DNA of 64,000 nt from the NCBI GenBank assembly GCA_036522275.1, contig DATDGC010000073.1, positions 1,021 to 65,020 on the forward strand. Direction: 5' to 3'. The position numbers and the translations under genes are program-made. Under the pieces are notes generated by a model. It did not search any database and was not told the origin of the DNA. It saw only the letters and a list, made by a program, of their open reading frames with translations. The DNA comes from Burkholderiales bacterium. Its GTDB lineage: Bacteria > Pseudomonadota > Gammaproteobacteria > Burkholderiales > JAHFRG01. How positions within the stretch are numbered: the stretch's first letter is position 1; each line of letters starts with the position of its first letter. Positions 1-10,318 of this stretch are shown in pieces.

Positions 1-220
1 GCATGAGGCCGTACTGCTCCATGGCCCGCAGCCCCATGGCGTGGGCGGCGGCATCGTCGAAGTCCAATATTTTCTGGGCCTCGCGCACCGCGGCGGCAAA
101 AATCCCGCCGCCGGGGACGATAACCATCCGGCCTTTGCCCGCTTCAGCGAGCGCCTTGAGCCAGCGCCTCAAATCGTCAGGATAATCCGCGAGACTGCCG
201 CCGAGCTTAACGACCCACAT
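1..220 (-). CDS. amino-acid kinase (AAK) family protein, N-terminal fragment running off the window edge
   Basis: Absent from the ORF track because it is open at the edge. A minus-strand ATG at 220 reads MWVVKLGGSLADYPDDLRRWLKALAEAGKGRMVIVPGGGIFAAAVREAQ..., the KLGGS / VPGGG N-terminus typical of Asp/Glu/UMP-kinase folds. It overlaps the pabB stop by 14 nt. The family recurs in H4MPT-linked clusters. Confidence 0.5.
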   Translation of the reverse strand, partial: MWVVKLGGSLADYPDDLRRWLKALAEAGKGRMVIVPGGGIFAAAVREAQKILDFDDAAAHAMGLRAMEQYGLM

Positions 221-1592
221 CGGCAATTAAAATTTGCTCAAGCAACCTTAGCATAGCCGCAGCTTTGTCGAAAGTTTCCTGGTATTCATCTTCCATGCGC
301 GAATCAATTACGATGCCGCCTCCCGCCCAGAAGCGTATCGTGCCCGCGGAATAAACCAGGGTGCGGATGACGATATTGGTGTCCATACCGCCGTCGAAGC
401 CGATGTAGCCGATGGCGCCGCAATATACTCCGCGGCGGTTCGGCTCAAGTTCTTCGATAATCTGCATCGCGCGCAGCTTGGGCGCGCCGGTTACTGAGCC
501 GCCAGGAAAGCAGCCGCGCAGCAAATCAAGCGCGCTTTTGTTTTTTGCCAGTGTGCCGGTCACCGTACTCACCAGATGATGCACCGTGGCGAAGCCTTCC
601 ACCTCAAACAGTTTCGGCACTTTCACCGAGCCGGTTTCACACGATTTGCCGAGGTCGTTTCTCAGCAAATCTACAATCATCAGGTTTTCGGCGCGGTCTT
701 TCTCGCTTTCGCGCAGCGCCTCGGCGAGCGCCGCGTCCAAGCGCGGATACCCTGCGCGCGGTCGCGTGCCTTTGATTGGTTTGGTCTCGACTTGACGATC
801 CTTAAGTTTGAGAAAGCGCTCGGGAGAGGCGCTCAGAATTTGCGCGTAAGGGGTGTTGAGATAGGCGGAAAACGGCGCCGGATTGATGATGCGCAGTGCC
901 TGGTAAGCCAGCCACGGATCGCCTGCGGCGGCGGCGGAAAATCTTTGCGCGAGATTCACCTGGTAGCAATCGCCGGCGCGGATGTAGTCGTGAATACGCT
1001 TGAAAGCCTGCGCATAATGCTCAGGCGTGAGGTTGGAAACAATCTTGCTCGTTATCCGGAACGGCGCGCGAAAGCGTTCTTCTGCCGGCTGGCTGAAACG
1101 CGCTATCAGCTCATCCCATTTTTTCCGGGTTTGCGGGTCGCGTCCCCCGCTTACCAGACAGCTGCGGTGCGAATGATGGTCCACCACCACCGCCCAGTCG
1201 TAAATGCCGACAGCCATTTCCGGGAGTTTCTCCGCGTCTTCGGCAATCGCCGGCAGCCGCTCTAGCCGGCGCGCCAGATCATAGCCGAAATAACCCAGTA
1301 CTCCGCCGCTGAAAGGCAAATCGCAATGGTTCTCCTGCGCAGGCTCGAGATAACGCTTAAGCAGGGTGAACGGGTCTTCGGGAGAAAGCTCACTAGCCCC
1401 GTTATGGCGTATTTCGGTGACTTTGCCGCGCGCGACCAGCGTGGCATAGGGCTCCGCCACCAGAATATCGTAGCGCGCTTGCGCGGCGAAACACCTGCCG
1501 CTGTCGAGAAACGCCGCCCAAGGCAGGTCGGCAATGGCTTCAAACAGCCGCGCGCTGTCTTCGTGATAAGAAAGTTCGGTTAACAGTGGCAT
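207..1592 (-). CDS. pabB: aminodeoxychorismate (p-aminobenzoate) synthase component I
   Basis: 461-aa ORF with the chorismate-binding core: SPERFLKL, KGTRPR, SVTGAPKLRAMQIIEELE, RGVYCGAIGY. pABA is the substrate of the RFAP synthase encoded in the same cluster. Confidence 0.8.
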   Translation of the reverse strand: MPLLTELSYHEDSARLFEAIADLPWAAFLDSGRCFAAQARYDILVAEPYATLVARGKVTEIRHNGASELSPEDPFTLLKRYLEPAQENHCDLPFSGGVLGYFGYDLARRLERLPAIAEDAEKLPEMAVGIYDWAVVVDHHSHRSCLVSGGRDPQTRKKWDELIARFSQPAEERFRAPFRITSKIVSNLTPEHYAQAFKRIHDYIRAGDCYQVNLAQRFSAAAAGDPWLAYQALRIINPAPFSAYLNTPYAQILSASPERFLKLKDRQVETKPIKGTRPRAGYPRLDAALAEALRESEKDRAENLMIVDLLRNDLGKSCETGSVKVPKLFEVEGFATVHHLVSTVTGTLAKNKSALDLLRGCFPGGSVTGAPKLRAMQIIEELEPNRRGVYCGAIGYIGFDGGMDTNIVIRTLVYSAGTIRFWAGGGIVIDSRMEDEYQETFDKAAAMLRLLEQILIADVGR

Positions 1593-1601
1593 GAAAAGAT
1601 T

Positions 1602-2648
1602 TTATTCCTGCGTTCTGCTTTGCGCCAGCGCTGCGACCGCCACCGCAGGTGCGCAGGCGTCTATCCATTGACGATCGATCAATGACGATTCCACCAGGCT
1701 GGAAAAATCCAGATAAGGCCGTGCATAGCGCGCGGCAAGCGATTTCACCAAAAAACGGCCGATACCTGTTCCGATAAGCGGCGCCTCTTCGCCGGCCAGG
1801 CCAAGCGAAAACAGGCGCGAGCAGGCCTCGTGCAAACGCTGCGATTGCAGCCCGGCGATATAGCCCGCAAGCTGCTGCCAGCTTGGGAGCGGTGCCGACT
1901 CCAGATCCCTGCCCAACATGCGCGCCAGGCGCCGCGCGCTGTCCTGCATGGTCTTGCCTCCGCCATCCGCGGCGGGCAACTGGTCTGCCCCTTCCGGCAA
2001 TTCTCCGGTCAGGCGATAGACATCCGCCATGGTCGCGAACTGCTCCGCCATCAGCCCCTGCCACTCGCCTGCAAACGGCACGCGCGCAGCCGCCGCCATC
2101 ACCGGGGTGCGCACCACGCCGCTATAGATGAGTTCGTCAAACGCCATGCGCTGATGGTCATTCCAGCCTCGGGCATGCACTTTGCCGGAATTCAGCATTA
2201 CCAGATCGGTGGTGGTGCTGCCGATGTCTATCAATAATGCTTGCCTCACACGCTTTGCTGCGAACTCGGCGGTCGCGAGCCAGTTTGCTGAAGCCACCTC
2301 ACCGGCAAGCTGCTTGGCTTGAGCAGGGGTAACAAAGCCGCTGCGTCCGGCATACACTTGCAGGCTTGCCTGCGGCAATTTGCCGTTCATCGCTTCTACC
2401 AGAGTGGTGACGCCGGCGTTGCGATTGGGAAAAATATCCGCGAGCTCGCCGGTCATGGTAAGCGCGTGCAGCGTTGCAGCCTGATTCAGTTTTTTCAGCG
2501 CATGAGCCACAGCACTTTCCAAGTGCTGCAAGCCTTGCCACAGCGGGCAGGGCAACTGCATGGCTTGGCTTACGCGCCCGGCGCCGTCCACCACCGCCAC
2601 CTTGAGATGCGCGCCTCCCAAATCCCAGCCGACGGCGCAATCAGACAT
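1602..2648 (-). CDS. H4MPT-linked C1-transfer pathway protein (hydantoinase/oxoprolinase-like ASKHA fold)
   Basis: ORF-track 1602..2777 trimmed to Met44 (MSDCAVGWDLGGAHLKVAVV), with a later IDIGSTTTDL phosphate motif. The trimmed start overlaps the upstream stop by 8 nt. Confidence 0.65.
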   Translation of the reverse strand: MSDCAVGWDLGGAHLKVAVVDGAGRVSQAMQLPCPLWQGLQHLESAVAHALKKLNQAATLHALTMTGELADIFPNRNAGVTTLVEAMNGKLPQASLQVYAGRSGFVTPAQAKQLAGEVASANWLATAEFAAKRVRQALLIDIGSTTTDLVMLNSGKVHARGWNDHQRMAFDELIYSGVVRTPVMAAAARVPFAGEWQGLMAEQFATMADVYRLTGELPEGADQLPAADGGGKTMQDSARRLARMLGRDLESAPLPSWQQLAGYIAGLQSQRLHEACSRLFSLGLAGEEAPLIGTGIGRFLVKSLAARYARPYLDFSSLVESSLIDRQWIDACAPAVAVAALAQSRTQE

Positions 2649-3636
2649 GCAAGGCCTCGAGGTCAACTTCAACCCGCCGCAGCGTGAATTTTGGCAAGCG
2701 TAAAGGTTTGGAATCGTCCAGCAGGCCCAATACCAGCGCTGCGGGATTGCAGCCCAGCGCTTGACGCAAACCCGCATAGGAAGTGGTCAGCCGCGGGTTC
2801 ACTTCCATCACTATCCGCTGAGAGCCGCTTTGCACCAGATCTATGCCCACATAGCCCCACAGCCCGGGAATGGCCGCGGCTACGCGGCTGGCTAATTCTG
2901 CTAAAGCGCCGTCTCCATCAATCAAGGCATTGACCACGCTGCCGAGAAAATAAAACTGACCGTCGCGCACCACCACGCGCTGGTCATTGCAGCTCAAAAG
3001 ATCTGCTGTGCCATCGCGGCAAAGGACGCAAAGACTCAGCGCGCTTCCGGGAATTAACGGCTGCAACACGTAATTCCCCGGGTTGGCCTTAAGCCATTGC
3101 CGCGCCGCCAAGAGATTGTGGAACAAGCGGGTATCGCTGCAGCCCGCGCCGTCATCGGGTTTCACCACCCAGCCGTCTCCCGTATCATGCAATTCAGCGT
3201 CCACTGAATACGTCGGCACTGCCGCGATTCCTGCTTGTGTGAGATGGCGTGAAGTCGCCTGCTTGCTCGCGGTGAGGTGCACTGCGTCGGGATGGCTGCC
3301 CAGAAGTTTGCGCCCGCGCTTAAGTACACTACGATGGATGCATTCAAGCACCCCGCCGCTTTCCGGCGCGATCGGCCACACCGCATCGGCAATATCCATG
3401 CAGTGTTCCAGAACCCTCTCGGTTTCAGCGGCGCTGCGCGGCGTGTACACGCTAAGGGGTAAATCCAGTGCAGGCAGGCGCGGATCACGAGTGGTGATTG
3501 CTTCCACCCCGGGAACATCCCCGAGGTCGCGCAACAGCGCGTGCAGCATTATGTCGCCTTCTTGAGCGAGCGAAGCCGGCAACGCTTGGTCAAGCAGCTC
3601 GCCACCGGTAATATGCTCGTATATGAAAATACGCAT
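2641..3636 (-). CDS. ATP-grasp ligase (MfnD-like; predicted methanofuran/H4MPT cofactor biosynthesis)
   Basis: 331 aa. The C-terminal half has ATP-grasp features (VVKPDDGAGC, LQPLIPG, VMEVNPRLTTSY). It lies between H4MPT-cluster genes. Confidence 0.6.
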   Translation of the reverse strand: MRIFIYEHITGGELLDQALPASLAQEGDIMLHALLRDLGDVPGVEAITTRDPRLPALDLPLSVYTPRSAAETERVLEHCMDIADAVWPIAPESGGVLECIHRSVLKRGRKLLGSHPDAVHLTASKQATSRHLTQAGIAAVPTYSVDAELHDTGDGWVVKPDDGAGCSDTRLFHNLLAARQWLKANPGNYVLQPLIPGSALSLCVLCRDGTADLLSCNDQRVVVRDGQFYFLGSVVNALIDGDGALAELASRVAAAIPGLWGYVGIDLVQSGSQRIVMEVNPRLTTSYAGLRQALGCNPAALVLGLLDDSKPLRLPKFTLRRVEVDLEALHV

Positions 3637-3642
3637 TTTTAT

Positions 3643-3755
3643 TTCACCACAGAGGCACAGAGAACAGAAAACCTTAATTCACAGGATTAACAGGATTGTT
3701 ACAGATTTACAGGATTGAATCCTGTTTAATCCTGCGAAATCATGTAAATCCTGTC
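3643..3755. repeat. REP-like composite hairpin in a divergent intergenic region
   Basis: A TTCACCACAGAGGCACAGAG module is followed by a palindrome with arms of about 38 bp (about 3680-3717 / 3718-3755) built from ACAGGATT and AATCCTGT units. Confidence 0.55.
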
Positions 3756-3788
3756 TATTTGGTTTCAGTCTCATAGGTGAACGCTCTC

Positions 3789-4520
3789 ATGAAACTCATC
3801 CCCGTCATTGATCTGATGCGCGGCCAAGTGGTGCGCGCGCTAGGGGGCGAACGCCATCAATACCGCCCCATCGAATCCGGATTGTGCGCCGGCAGCAACG
3901 CACTCGACATCGCCTGCGCATTACTGGAATTGTATCCGTTTCCTGCGCTCTACATCGCCGACATTGATGCAATCCAGCAAAATGGCGGCAACGCCGCGGT
4001 AATTGAAAAACTCCATCGGCATTTTCCGAAGCTTGACCTGTGGGTGGACTCGGGAATAGCGGATGTTGCGGGCTTTACGGCATGGCAGAAGCAGCGCCTC
4101 GGCCACGCGGTGATCGGCAGCGAATCGTTTCCCGAGAGTGCGCTGCTCTCCGCCGTTTGCTCCAGCCGCGATGCACTTTACCCGCTGCTATCGCTGGATT
4201 TCAAAGGTGCGCGTTTTTGCGGCGAGCAACCTTTGCTCAATGATCCGGAATTCTGGCCGGAGCATGTTATCGTCATGATGCTGGCGCGCGTCGGAAGTCT
4301 CCAAGGGCCGGATTTCGACCAATTAAGCGAGCTAAGTCGGCGCGCACCGCATAAAAAACTTTACGCCGCCGGCGGAATACGCGGCAAGCGCGACCTCGCG
4401 CGCCTGGTGCGCGCAGGCGCACATGGCGCGCTGCTCGCGAGCGCGCTGCACCAGCGCCTCATCAGCGCCAGCGATCTGGCCGCATCGGAATCCGGCGCGG
4501 ACTCAACGGACGCGCAGTGA
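3789..4520 (+). CDS. HisA/HisF-family (beta/alpha)8-barrel protein of H4MPT clusters
   Basis: ORF-track 3777..4520. The ATG at residue 5 gives MKLIPVIDLMRGQVV..., the HisA-type N-terminus. GGIR occurs near the C-terminus. Confidence 0.65.
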   Translation: MKLIPVIDLMRGQVVRALGGERHQYRPIESGLCAGSNALDIACALLELYPFPALYIADIDAIQQNGGNAAVIEKLHRHFPKLDLWVDSGIADVAGFTAWQKQRLGHAVIGSESFPESALLSAVCSSRDALYPLLSLDFKGARFCGEQPLLNDPEFWPEHVIVMMLARVGSLQGPDFDQLSELSRRAPHKKLYAAGGIRGKRDLARLVRAGAHGALLASALHQRLISASDLAASESGADSTDAQ

Positions 4521-4558
4521 GCAGCATCAGCTGCCCACCGGTCACCCGTGCATCCGGA

Positions 4559-5068
4559 TTATTTCGGGGAGAACGGATGCGGTGAGCTGCCTTTCTTGCT
4601 GACCACTTCCGAGGCCTTGGGTGTCCCCGCCACGGCGCGCTTGATTGACTCCTTGGTGGCCTGATAGTTGTAGTCGTAAATCTTGGTGTCGTTCTCCGCC
4701 AGCCAGTGGATGAACACGCCGACACAGATGAAAACGTCGTCGGCCTCATTCGCCGGAATCGTGCCGTCCTGCACGCAATCCGCCACCGCCATCGCCACTG
4801 CGCGCTGCGCCGGCCCGAACATCTGCACCGCCTGTTTGGCGCCCTTGATGGTCACCTTGTTGAACAGGATGGTGTTGGGCTTGGTTTGCAGGTTCGGCGC
4901 CACCACCGCAAGCAAGGAAGTAAAGCCGTCCTTGTTGTTTGTCAGCGCATTGCAGAACGCACGTTCTACGGAGCTGCCGCGCGGTCCCATAATCAGGTCA
5001 ACGTGAGCCACTTCATTGCCGTCGCCGACCAGTGATTCTCCAACGAGTACTCGATCAATTTTCGCCAT
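4559..5068 (-). CDS. fae: formaldehyde-activating enzyme
   Basis: 169 aa. [32 protein letters not shown]...[10 protein letters not shown] matches Fae along its full length. A strong AAGGAGAGG Shine-Dalgarno lies upstream. Confidence 0.95.
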   Translation of the reverse strand: MAKIDRVLVGESLVGDGNEVAHVDLIMGPRGSSVERAFCNALTNNKDGFTSLLAVVAPNLQTKPNTILFNKVTIKGAKQAVQMFGPAQRAVAMAVADCVQDGTIPANEADDVFICVGVFIHWLAENDTKIYDYNYQATKESIKRAVAGTPKASEVVSKKGSSPHPFSPK

Positions 5069-5143
5069 TTTGCCTCTCCTTAGTTTGGCTAGTTAAACAT
5101 TCAGGTGAAACGCAACTCCGAAACCTCAGCGGCTGCCGCCCTC

Positions 5144-6073
5144 CTAGGCGCCAACATGCTGAGGTTTCGTTTTACTACGGTGCGAGGCAGGCTTCGCCCC
5201 GCTGCCGGTAAAGCTTCCTTGCAACAAATCCTGCAAATGCAATGCAAGCAGGCTGGCGACGCTCAAATCCGCCGTCGTGCCTGGATTGATTCCATCACGC
5301 TTGAGCTCGGCATCGAAAGCCAGCAATTGCGGCAACAAGGCTTGCGGTGAGTCACTGCGCTGCCATGTGCTGTCCAGCGCCGCAGCGCGGGAACTGACTT
5401 GCCGCGCCAGCTCGCTTCCGAATTTGCGCTCTACGTGACTGTCGGGAAAACGTGCCAGCAATGCCAGATAGGCCGACAGCACCGCCCATTCTTCGCCGGC
5501 AAAACGCGTAAGCGTTTCGCGCGCGCGAGGCACTCCCACATCAAAAACATCGGCAAATCCATTCGCGTACTGGCGCGCGATGCTGTCGCGCTCGCGCGCT
5601 TCCTGCATCGCGCCGAGCAGGGTAACCTGCGGCTTCTCGCTTATATCATGACGCGCGCTGCTGCCCAGCCCGGCAGGCTTGGCGAGGCGGATCGCCGCAT
5701 AAGTGAGTTCCGCATCCTGTTGCGTGAGCCGCTCCAGCACGCCGCGCACCTTCAGCAGCAATGCGTGCGCGCCGGATTCCTGCTGAGCGGCACAAAGCAG
5801 CGGTGCGGCGAGCAGCACAATGCCAAGATTGGTATTGCAGCCTACCGCTTGTTGCGTTGCTTCAACCGCGCGCAGGATGCGCTCGCCCACGCTTGCGCCA
5901 GGTACGGTCAACGGCGCGGCGATGGCGTTGGCGCTCGCCTCGAACTGCTGCACGGTCATGCCGTGACCGGCGCTGTAAATGCTGACGTTGCCGGGCTTTG
6001 GAGCGCGGATTTCGGCAACACAGGCGCTCTTCAACGCTTGCGCCAGCTGCTCGCTGGAGATTATGTTCAGCAT
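5144..6073 (-). CDS. triphosphoribosyl-dephospho-CoA synthase (CitG/MdcB)-like protein of H4MPT clusters
   Basis: ORF-track 5144..6151 trimmed to Met27 (MLNIISSEQLA...). KPGNVS and GTTADL motifs are typical of the CitG family. Confidence 0.65.
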   Translation of the reverse strand: MLNIISSEQLAQALKSACVAEIRAPKPGNVSIYSAGHGMTVQQFEASANAIAAPLTVPGASVGERILRAVEATQQAVGCNTNLGIVLLAAPLLCAAQQESGAHALLLKVRGVLERLTQQDAELTYAAIRLAKPAGLGSSARHDISEKPQVTLLGAMQEARERDSIARQYANGFADVFDVGVPRARETLTRFAGEEWAVLSAYLALLARFPDSHVERKFGSELARQVSSRAAALDSTWQRSDSPQALLPQLLAFDAELKRDGINPGTTADLSVASLLALHLQDLLQGSFTGSGAKPASHRSKTKPQHVGA

Positions 6074-6984
6074 ACCATTTCCATGCTTGCTTGAGGCAGC
6101 TTGCGCGACAATAAATCGTCCGCCAGGTATTGCGCCAGGTTTCCCCGGCATACTCCTTGCAATCCGCGCCAGGCCGGGATGCCGTTGACTTCTATGACGT
6201 AAAGCTCGCCTTCCCGGTCACGCATAAGATCCACCCCCGCATAATCCATCCCGACGGCGCGCACCGCATCCAGCGCCAGTCTTTGCATGGTTTCGTCCAG
6301 TTGCACATTTTCGCATTTCGCGCCTTGCGCGACATTGTTGATCCAACTGGTGCCGCGTCGCAGCATCGCGGCGCGGGCAACACCGCCCGCTACCAGTACC
6401 CGGAAGTCGTGCCAATGGCCTTCAGCGCAATCAATAAAGCTTTGCAGATAAGCCACGCCTGAATATTCAGCGAGATCGGGGATGTCCATACCTCTCTTCA
6501 GGCGCCGCAGACCCAACCCCTGCGAGCCGAACAAAGGCTTCAATACCAGTTCGCGCCCCGCCGCAGTCTCGCGCAATAAAACGGCGCGCGCCTGTGCCGC
6601 CGATTCACAGACCCAGGTTGCTGGAGTGGGAATGCCGGCGCGCTTCAATAAAAAACTGGTCATCGCCTTATCAACGCTGCGCTCGATAGCGCGCGCATCG
6701 TTGTAAACCGGCACGCCGATTTCGCGCAGTGCATGCAGGATATCCAAACGTAAAATCACCTGCTCCAGCGTGCCGCCGGGTACGCCGCGCACGAAAACCG
6801 CGTCTGGCAGGCTGTGCTTGAATCCCGGCATCACCACGTCATGCCGCGCGTGCGCAAGATCGAAATAACAATTCTGCAGGGACACGTACTGACTTTCGCA
6901 GCCGCGCGCAGCGAACGCCTGGCGCAACTGCCGACCGTGCCAGCCCGGATCATCGGTGATGATGGCGATACGCCGAGCACTCAT
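6067..6984 (-). CDS. RimK-type ATP-grasp alpha-L-glutamate ligase (MptN-like)
   Basis: 305 aa. LVLKPLFGSQGLGL, YLQSFI and YVIEVNGIPAW are RimK-family signatures. The gene sits in H4MPT-cluster context. Confidence 0.75.
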   Translation of the reverse strand: MSARRIAIITDDPGWHGRQLRQAFAARGCESQYVSLQNCYFDLAHARHDVVMPGFKHSLPDAVFVRGVPGGTLEQVILRLDILHALREIGVPVYNDARAIERSVDKAMTSFLLKRAGIPTPATWVCESAAQARAVLLRETAAGRELVLKPLFGSQGLGLRRLKRGMDIPDLAEYSGVAYLQSFIDCAEGHWHDFRVLVAGGVARAAMLRRGTSWINNVAQGAKCENVQLDETMQRLALDAVRAVGMDYAGVDLMRDREGELYVIEVNGIPAWRGLQGVCRGNLAQYLADDLLSRKLPQASMEMVC

Positions 6985-7243
6985 CTCAATAATACCCGCG
7001 TGATGCGTTGCGGGCCAGAAAGCGATGACTGCAAGGCACGAGGAGGCCGCATAGTACTCCTATGCAACGACGAGCAACGCTGCAGGCGCGGTTTCTGGCC
7101 GCAACCCTTTGGGACGAGGCGATTTTAGGCCATTTCGGTGTTGCTCGCTCCTTGTTTAGAATGACCAAACGGCGTTGCTCGCGCCTAGAACTGGCGCAAA
7201 AATCGCCGCCGTCGCACACGTGAGTATTGTTGAGATGAGTGCT
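6976..7243. repeat. about 268-bp TIR-bounded dispersed element, copy A (inverted relative to copies B and C)
   Basis: Termini are AGCACTCATCTCAATAATACCCGCGTG and CACGTGAGTATTGTTGAGATGAGTGCT (about 24/27 complementary). The reverse complement aligns by eye along the whole length with 52349-52626. The element exactly fills the mch-stop to ligase-start gap. Confidence 0.7.
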
Positions 7244-8264
7244 AGCCACCGGAGCCCCCGAATGAAGCGTCCAGCAACTCGGCATTGAGTTTGCCGGCGC
7301 GGAAGCTGTTGCCGCTCTCCAGACAGCTTACGATGACCTGGGCCGGGGCGAACAGCATCGGATCAATCTTGTAAAAATCATATGCGCAATCCTTGAAAAT
7401 CTGCGCGAAGCGCTTGCCGTAATCGCGCGAAACCGAGCTTGGCAGCTTTTGTGCAAGCTCGCGCGCCTCGCTATCGCCGCAACTCACGTACAGCTGCACC
7501 TGTCCGCCGAACAGGATGGCATCATTGGTGCGTCCCATCGCTTCAACGAAATCTTTGCAAGGCGGCGGCAGCGGCGAGCTTCCCGCGCCGTCTGCTATGT
7601 GCTGGAGCGGAAAACCCAGTGCATGGACTTTGTGCAAAGCCACTTCCAGCACGCGCGCCACGATTTGCACCATGCCGGCGAGACTGCGCGTTGGTGTCAA
7701 AATAAACGTGAGCTTGTCCGCGCCGACCTTGCAATCGCGCATCACTTTTTCCACCACCTCCTGGGGCGGGGACTTGTCCACTTCCAGCACCAGGCAGGTA
7801 CTATCAGCCTGGTCACGGTAGCCAAGCTCGGCGAACAACTCTTCCTTGCAGGCGAGCGAACGTCCCGGCCCGGAACCTAGAGCATGAAACGCGCTTTTGC
7901 CGCTACCGTGCGACAAACTCCATCCCGCATATTGACTGCCTAGGCACGCCAATACCGGGTTGCTGGCATGCACGTTTACTTGCAGCGACCAGCGCGTAGC
8001 GCTTGACGAAAAACTCACTGTGCCAAAACCTCCCATGCAGATTTCGGCGATACGCCGTCCTGCTTCCAGCCCGCCGGCATGAGTAATTCCGGCGTCCACG
8101 ATGGTGTGGTCCTGCGGACCGCGCGTCACGCCAAGGCGCAGCGCTTGATGCTCACGCAACAGCGCTGCAACCAAAGGCGCTGCTTGACGGTTGACGCTAG
8201 GCCACTGCGCGGCCTGCGCGTGCAGAGCCGAACCTTCGGTAATTTCATGACGTGGCGTACTCAC
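7242..8264 (-). CDS. mch: methenyl-H4MPT cyclohydrolase
   Basis: ORF-track 7242..8417 trimmed to the Val52 codon (GTG), which forms a GTGA overlap with the upstream stop. [25 protein letters not shown] is Mch-typical. Confidence 0.9.
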   Translation of the reverse strand: MSTPRHEITEGSALHAQAAQWPSVNRQAAPLVAALLREHQALRLGVTRGPQDHTIVDAGITHAGGLEAGRRIAEICMGGFGTVSFSSSATRWSLQVNVHASNPVLACLGSQYAGWSLSHGSGKSAFHALGSGPGRSLACKEELFAELGYRDQADSTCLVLEVDKSPPQEVVEKVMRDCKVGADKLTFILTPTRSLAGMVQIVARVLEVALHKVHALGFPLQHIADGAGSSPLPPPCKDFVEAMGRTNDAILFGGQVQLYVSCGDSEARELAQKLPSSVSRDYGKRFAQIFKDCAYDFYKIDPMLFAPAQVIVSCLESGNSFRAGKLNAELLDASFGGSGG

Positions 8265-9382
8265 GCAGCTTCCTCCGTTATCGCTCTTGCGATGGCTGCT
8301 TGCCGCTGTATCAACAGCCGCTTTACCTGCTGCGTCGATGCGCCTTGCGCATGCACCATGCACACCGGCGCGCCTGGCGCGAAATGACGGTCTGCCCCCG
8401 GAATATCGCTTACCCATTCCGGGAATCTCATATTCAGGGATATGCGCAGCGCCCGCTCGGCATATACCATTGCGTGCCCCCTCATGATTTTGTGCGTGAC
8501 CACCTGCGCTTGCGGCAATTCACCACGGCAGGCGCGCAGGTGCCAGCCAAACAGGGACTCGGTGCAATCGGCATCATACAAATCCACGGTTGCGCACGGC
8601 CGCGGATTGATTTCCAGCACCCGGTATGCATTGCCGCGCAGCAGAAAATCCATGCCGTTCAACCCCGTGAGGCCGGTTGCCTGCACCAACTGATCGAGTT
8701 TCCGCGCGATCTCCGCTTGTAAAACGGCATCGAGTTTCGCATGGCTGATTGCGCCGGCATAACTAAAAGGTGATCCGGCGCTGGTGGTCCACTGTTCGTT
8801 AAAACCGATAATGTGCGATTTAGTCCCGTCAGCGAGAAAAGTCGCCGACATGCTGCGCCCTGACTCGAGTTTCTGGTAGTAATGCATTCCGTCCGGTTGT
8901 CTGCCTGCGGCCGGCAATACATGAGTTCCTCCGTAGCCGCCGATTTTTTTGGCAAGCCATCCGCAAGCCGGCCGCGGCGGTGCGAAGCGCACTTCCGGAT
9001 GCGCCATTTCAAGTTCATCAAGCAGCGCAAAAAATTGCCGCGGGTCTTTAATCCGCGTCACTGTTTCCGCAGTATTACCATATAACGGTCTGCCGGCGGC
9101 AAGTTGCTTGAGCAGTTGCGGCTGGTCTTCGAAACCCGAGCCGCATATCAGACCGGCGCAGTGCTGCGGCGGGCACAACTCGTCCGCCGCTTTGAGCAGC
9201 GCCGCCGCATCGAAACCTTGTTCATGCTGCGCTACCGCCCGGCTGTGCTGGGCGTAGCGATGCGTATCCAGGTCGTTATATAAATCCAGCACCACCACCG
9301 GAAAGTCCCCGCGCCGGGCGGATTGCGCCAGCGCCCTGCCGGTAAGCGCGGCGATAAGAAAAGCTTTGTTTTCAGTTGACAT
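8261..9382 (-). CDS. ATP-grasp protein of H4MPT clusters
   Basis: ORF-track 8261..9547 trimmed to Met56 ([16 protein letters not shown]). [19 protein letters not shown] is an ATP-grasp C-terminal motif. Confidence 0.6.
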   Translation of the reverse strand: MSTENKAFLIAALTGRALAQSARRGDFPVVVLDLYNDLDTHRYAQHSRAVAQHEQGFDAAALLKAADELCPPQHCAGLICGSGFEDQPQLLKQLAAGRPLYGNTAETVTRIKDPRQFFALLDELEMAHPEVRFAPPRPACGWLAKKIGGYGGTHVLPAAGRQPDGMHYYQKLESGRSMSATFLADGTKSHIIGFNEQWTTSAGSPFSYAGAISHAKLDAVLQAEIARKLDQLVQATGLTGLNGMDFLLRGNAYRVLEINPRPCATVDLYDADCTESLFGWHLRACRGELPQAQVVTHKIMRGHAMVYAERALRISLNMRFPEWVSDIPGADRHFAPGAPVCMVHAQGASTQQVKRLLIQRQAAIARAITEEAA

Positions 9383-10280
9383 GTTTACGCGCCAATGCAA
9401 ACGCTTCGCGGAAATCCAGATACAGCGGTTTTTCCGCCCGCAGCATTTCTTCAAACAGGCCGCGCTGCACCTGGTATTTGATATTACCGATCGCCAGCGC
9501 GCCAATCCCCACCGCCTTGCGCGAGCCCGCGGCGAGCGGCACACCATCGTCCATCAGGCCGACACCTTCGATGCCGGCGGGCGGCACAGCGTTGATATCC
9601 GCGGCCACCAGCAGGCGCGACGCCTGCTTCAGCAATTGCTGACTCAGAATCTGCACGCCGGCCTTGGCGGTAGCCATCACCACTTCCATCCCGGCGATCG
9701 CCGCAGATTTGTTATCTTCGGAACTCGCATCCACCGGTTCGGTAGTGGCGCCGTAACGGGCATTGGCGACTTGAGAAGACATGCGCGCACGGTTAGCGCT
9801 GCTGTGGCTTGCAATCCTCACCTTGGCTCCCGCTCCGGAAGCCAGCACCGCGGCGGCGGTGCCGACCGGCCCGGTGCCGCCCATCACCAGCACTTCGCGG
9901 CCTTGCAGATCGCAGCGATGCGCGCGTTTCAACTGCCTTTCCACCGCCGCGACCATCGCCGCTGCAGTGGTGAAGGCGCCTGAAGGATCAGCGAACACCG
10001 ACACCTCGAACGGCGGCACCATCGCCAGTCTTGCGGCATCCAGCATGTCTGCCGCCATGCCGATTTCGCGTCCACCGATGAAAATCGCGGTGCGCTTCAC
10101 GCCATTCGGCCCGCGCGAAAAAATCGTATCCTGAGTAAGCGCCGATACCTGGTCGAGGGTGATATTGGTATACGCCGTCACCGCGTTGTACCCGGCGTCA
10201 TAGGCCATGTTCACATCGAACGGGCTAACATTTGGGGTGGGCGTAATCATGTGCAATAAAAACAAACGAAGTTTCTGCAT
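9372..10280 (-). CDS. mtdB: NAD(P)-dependent methylene-H4MPT dehydrogenase
   Basis: 302 aa. It has the SPFDVNMAYDAGY N-terminus and a VMGGTGPVG Rossmann loop typical of MtdA/MtdB. An AGGAG Shine-Dalgarno lies upstream. Confidence 0.85.
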   Translation of the reverse strand: MQKLRLFLLHMITPTPNVSPFDVNMAYDAGYNAVTAYTNITLDQVSALTQDTIFSRGPNGVKRTAIFIGGREIGMAADMLDAARLAMVPPFEVSVFADPSGAFTTAAAMVAAVERQLKRAHRCDLQGREVLVMGGTGPVGTAAAVLASGAGAKVRIASHSSANRARMSSQVANARYGATTEPVDASSEDNKSAAIAGMEVVMATAKAGVQILSQQLLKQASRLLVAADINAVPPAGIEGVGLMDDGVPLAAGSRKAVGIGALAIGNIKYQVQRGLFEEMLRAEKPLYLDFREAFALARKHVN

Positions 10281-10318
10281 AAGCTCCTAGATATTTGGTC
10301 TATCAGATCGTGCCGGTC

